A DNA stretch of 63,644 bases, filler included, from Chiloscyllium plagiosum (taxonomy: Eukaryota), in assembly GCF_004010195.1 (NCBI RefSeq). It is 3 parts of one record of this genome, joined end to end, with 100 filler letters (N's around TTAATTAATTAA, not from the genome) between each part and the next. Parts side by side here need not be neighbours in the genome. Positions count along the whole stretch, not along the records: positions 58,520 to 63,644 come from NC_057712.1; 2 more parts are not named here. The stretch is one strand, 5' to 3'. Positions within the stretch are counted from its first letter, which is position 1. Each line of letters starts with the position of its first letter. This document shows positions 63,233 to 63,644 of this stretch, piece by piece. Made by a program: the position numbers and the translations under genes. Under the pieces are notes generated by a model that saw nothing but the letters and a program-made list of their open reading frames with translations, was not told where the DNA came from and did not search any database.

Positions 63233-63644
63233 TAGACAATAGGTGCAGGAGTAGGCCATTCTGCCCTTCGAGCCAGCACCACCATTCACTATGATCATGG
63301 CTGATCATCCTTAATCAGTATCCTGTTCCTGCCTTATCCCCATAACCCTTGATTCCACTATCCTTAAGAGCTCTATCCAACTCTTTCTTGAAAGTATCCA
63401 GAGACTTGGCCTCCACAGCCTTCTGGGCAGAGCATTCCATACACCCACCACTCTCTGGGTGAAGAAGTTTCTCCTCAACTCTGTTCTAAGTGGCCTACCC
63501 CTTATTTTTAAACAGGGTCCTCTGGTTCTGGACTTACCCATCATCGGAAACCTGCTTCCTGCCTCCAGAGTGTCCAATCCTTTAAAAATCTTATACGTCT
63601 CAATCAGATCCCCTCTCAGCCTTCTAAACTCAAGGGTATACAAG
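63233..63644 (-). mobile_element. CR1 3' portion (continues off the window)
   Basis: RLRGDLIETYKI, FFTQRVVGVWNALP. Confidence 0.9.

Noticed and set aside
1..63644. CRISPR array or prokaryotic system
   Set aside because: No regularly spaced repeat-spacer array or operon-like ORFs; the sequence is vertebrate intronic DNA.

Overview
Repeat-rich vertebrate genomic DNA, most likely from a shark (inferred from abundant HE1-type V-SINEs and shark-type CR1 LINEs). The only host coding sequence I can support is one large internal exon of RIMS1 on the + strand (24761-25602), sitting in very long introns. The rest is nested mobile DNA: many CR1 LINE fragments, about 17 HE1-type SINE pieces, a Rex1/Babar LINE, a Tx1/L1-clade LINE, an L1-like 5' end, a decayed Gmr1-type Gypsy LTR retrotransposon, and Penelope-like elements (PLEs). 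Two things stand out. (1) About a dozen short PLE-derived insertions carry minimal hammerhead-ribozyme cores (CTGANGA...GAAA) or their remnants; several are fold-back palindromes with 9-16 bp target-site duplications. (2) A CR1/L2-group LINE family has a tRNA-like Pol III head at its 5' end, no visible ORF1, and head+tail short derivatives. Two 100-nt assembly gaps contain an artificial TTAATTAATTAA linker. Repeat boundaries were read by eye and are approximate; family names come from recognising motifs, not from database searches.
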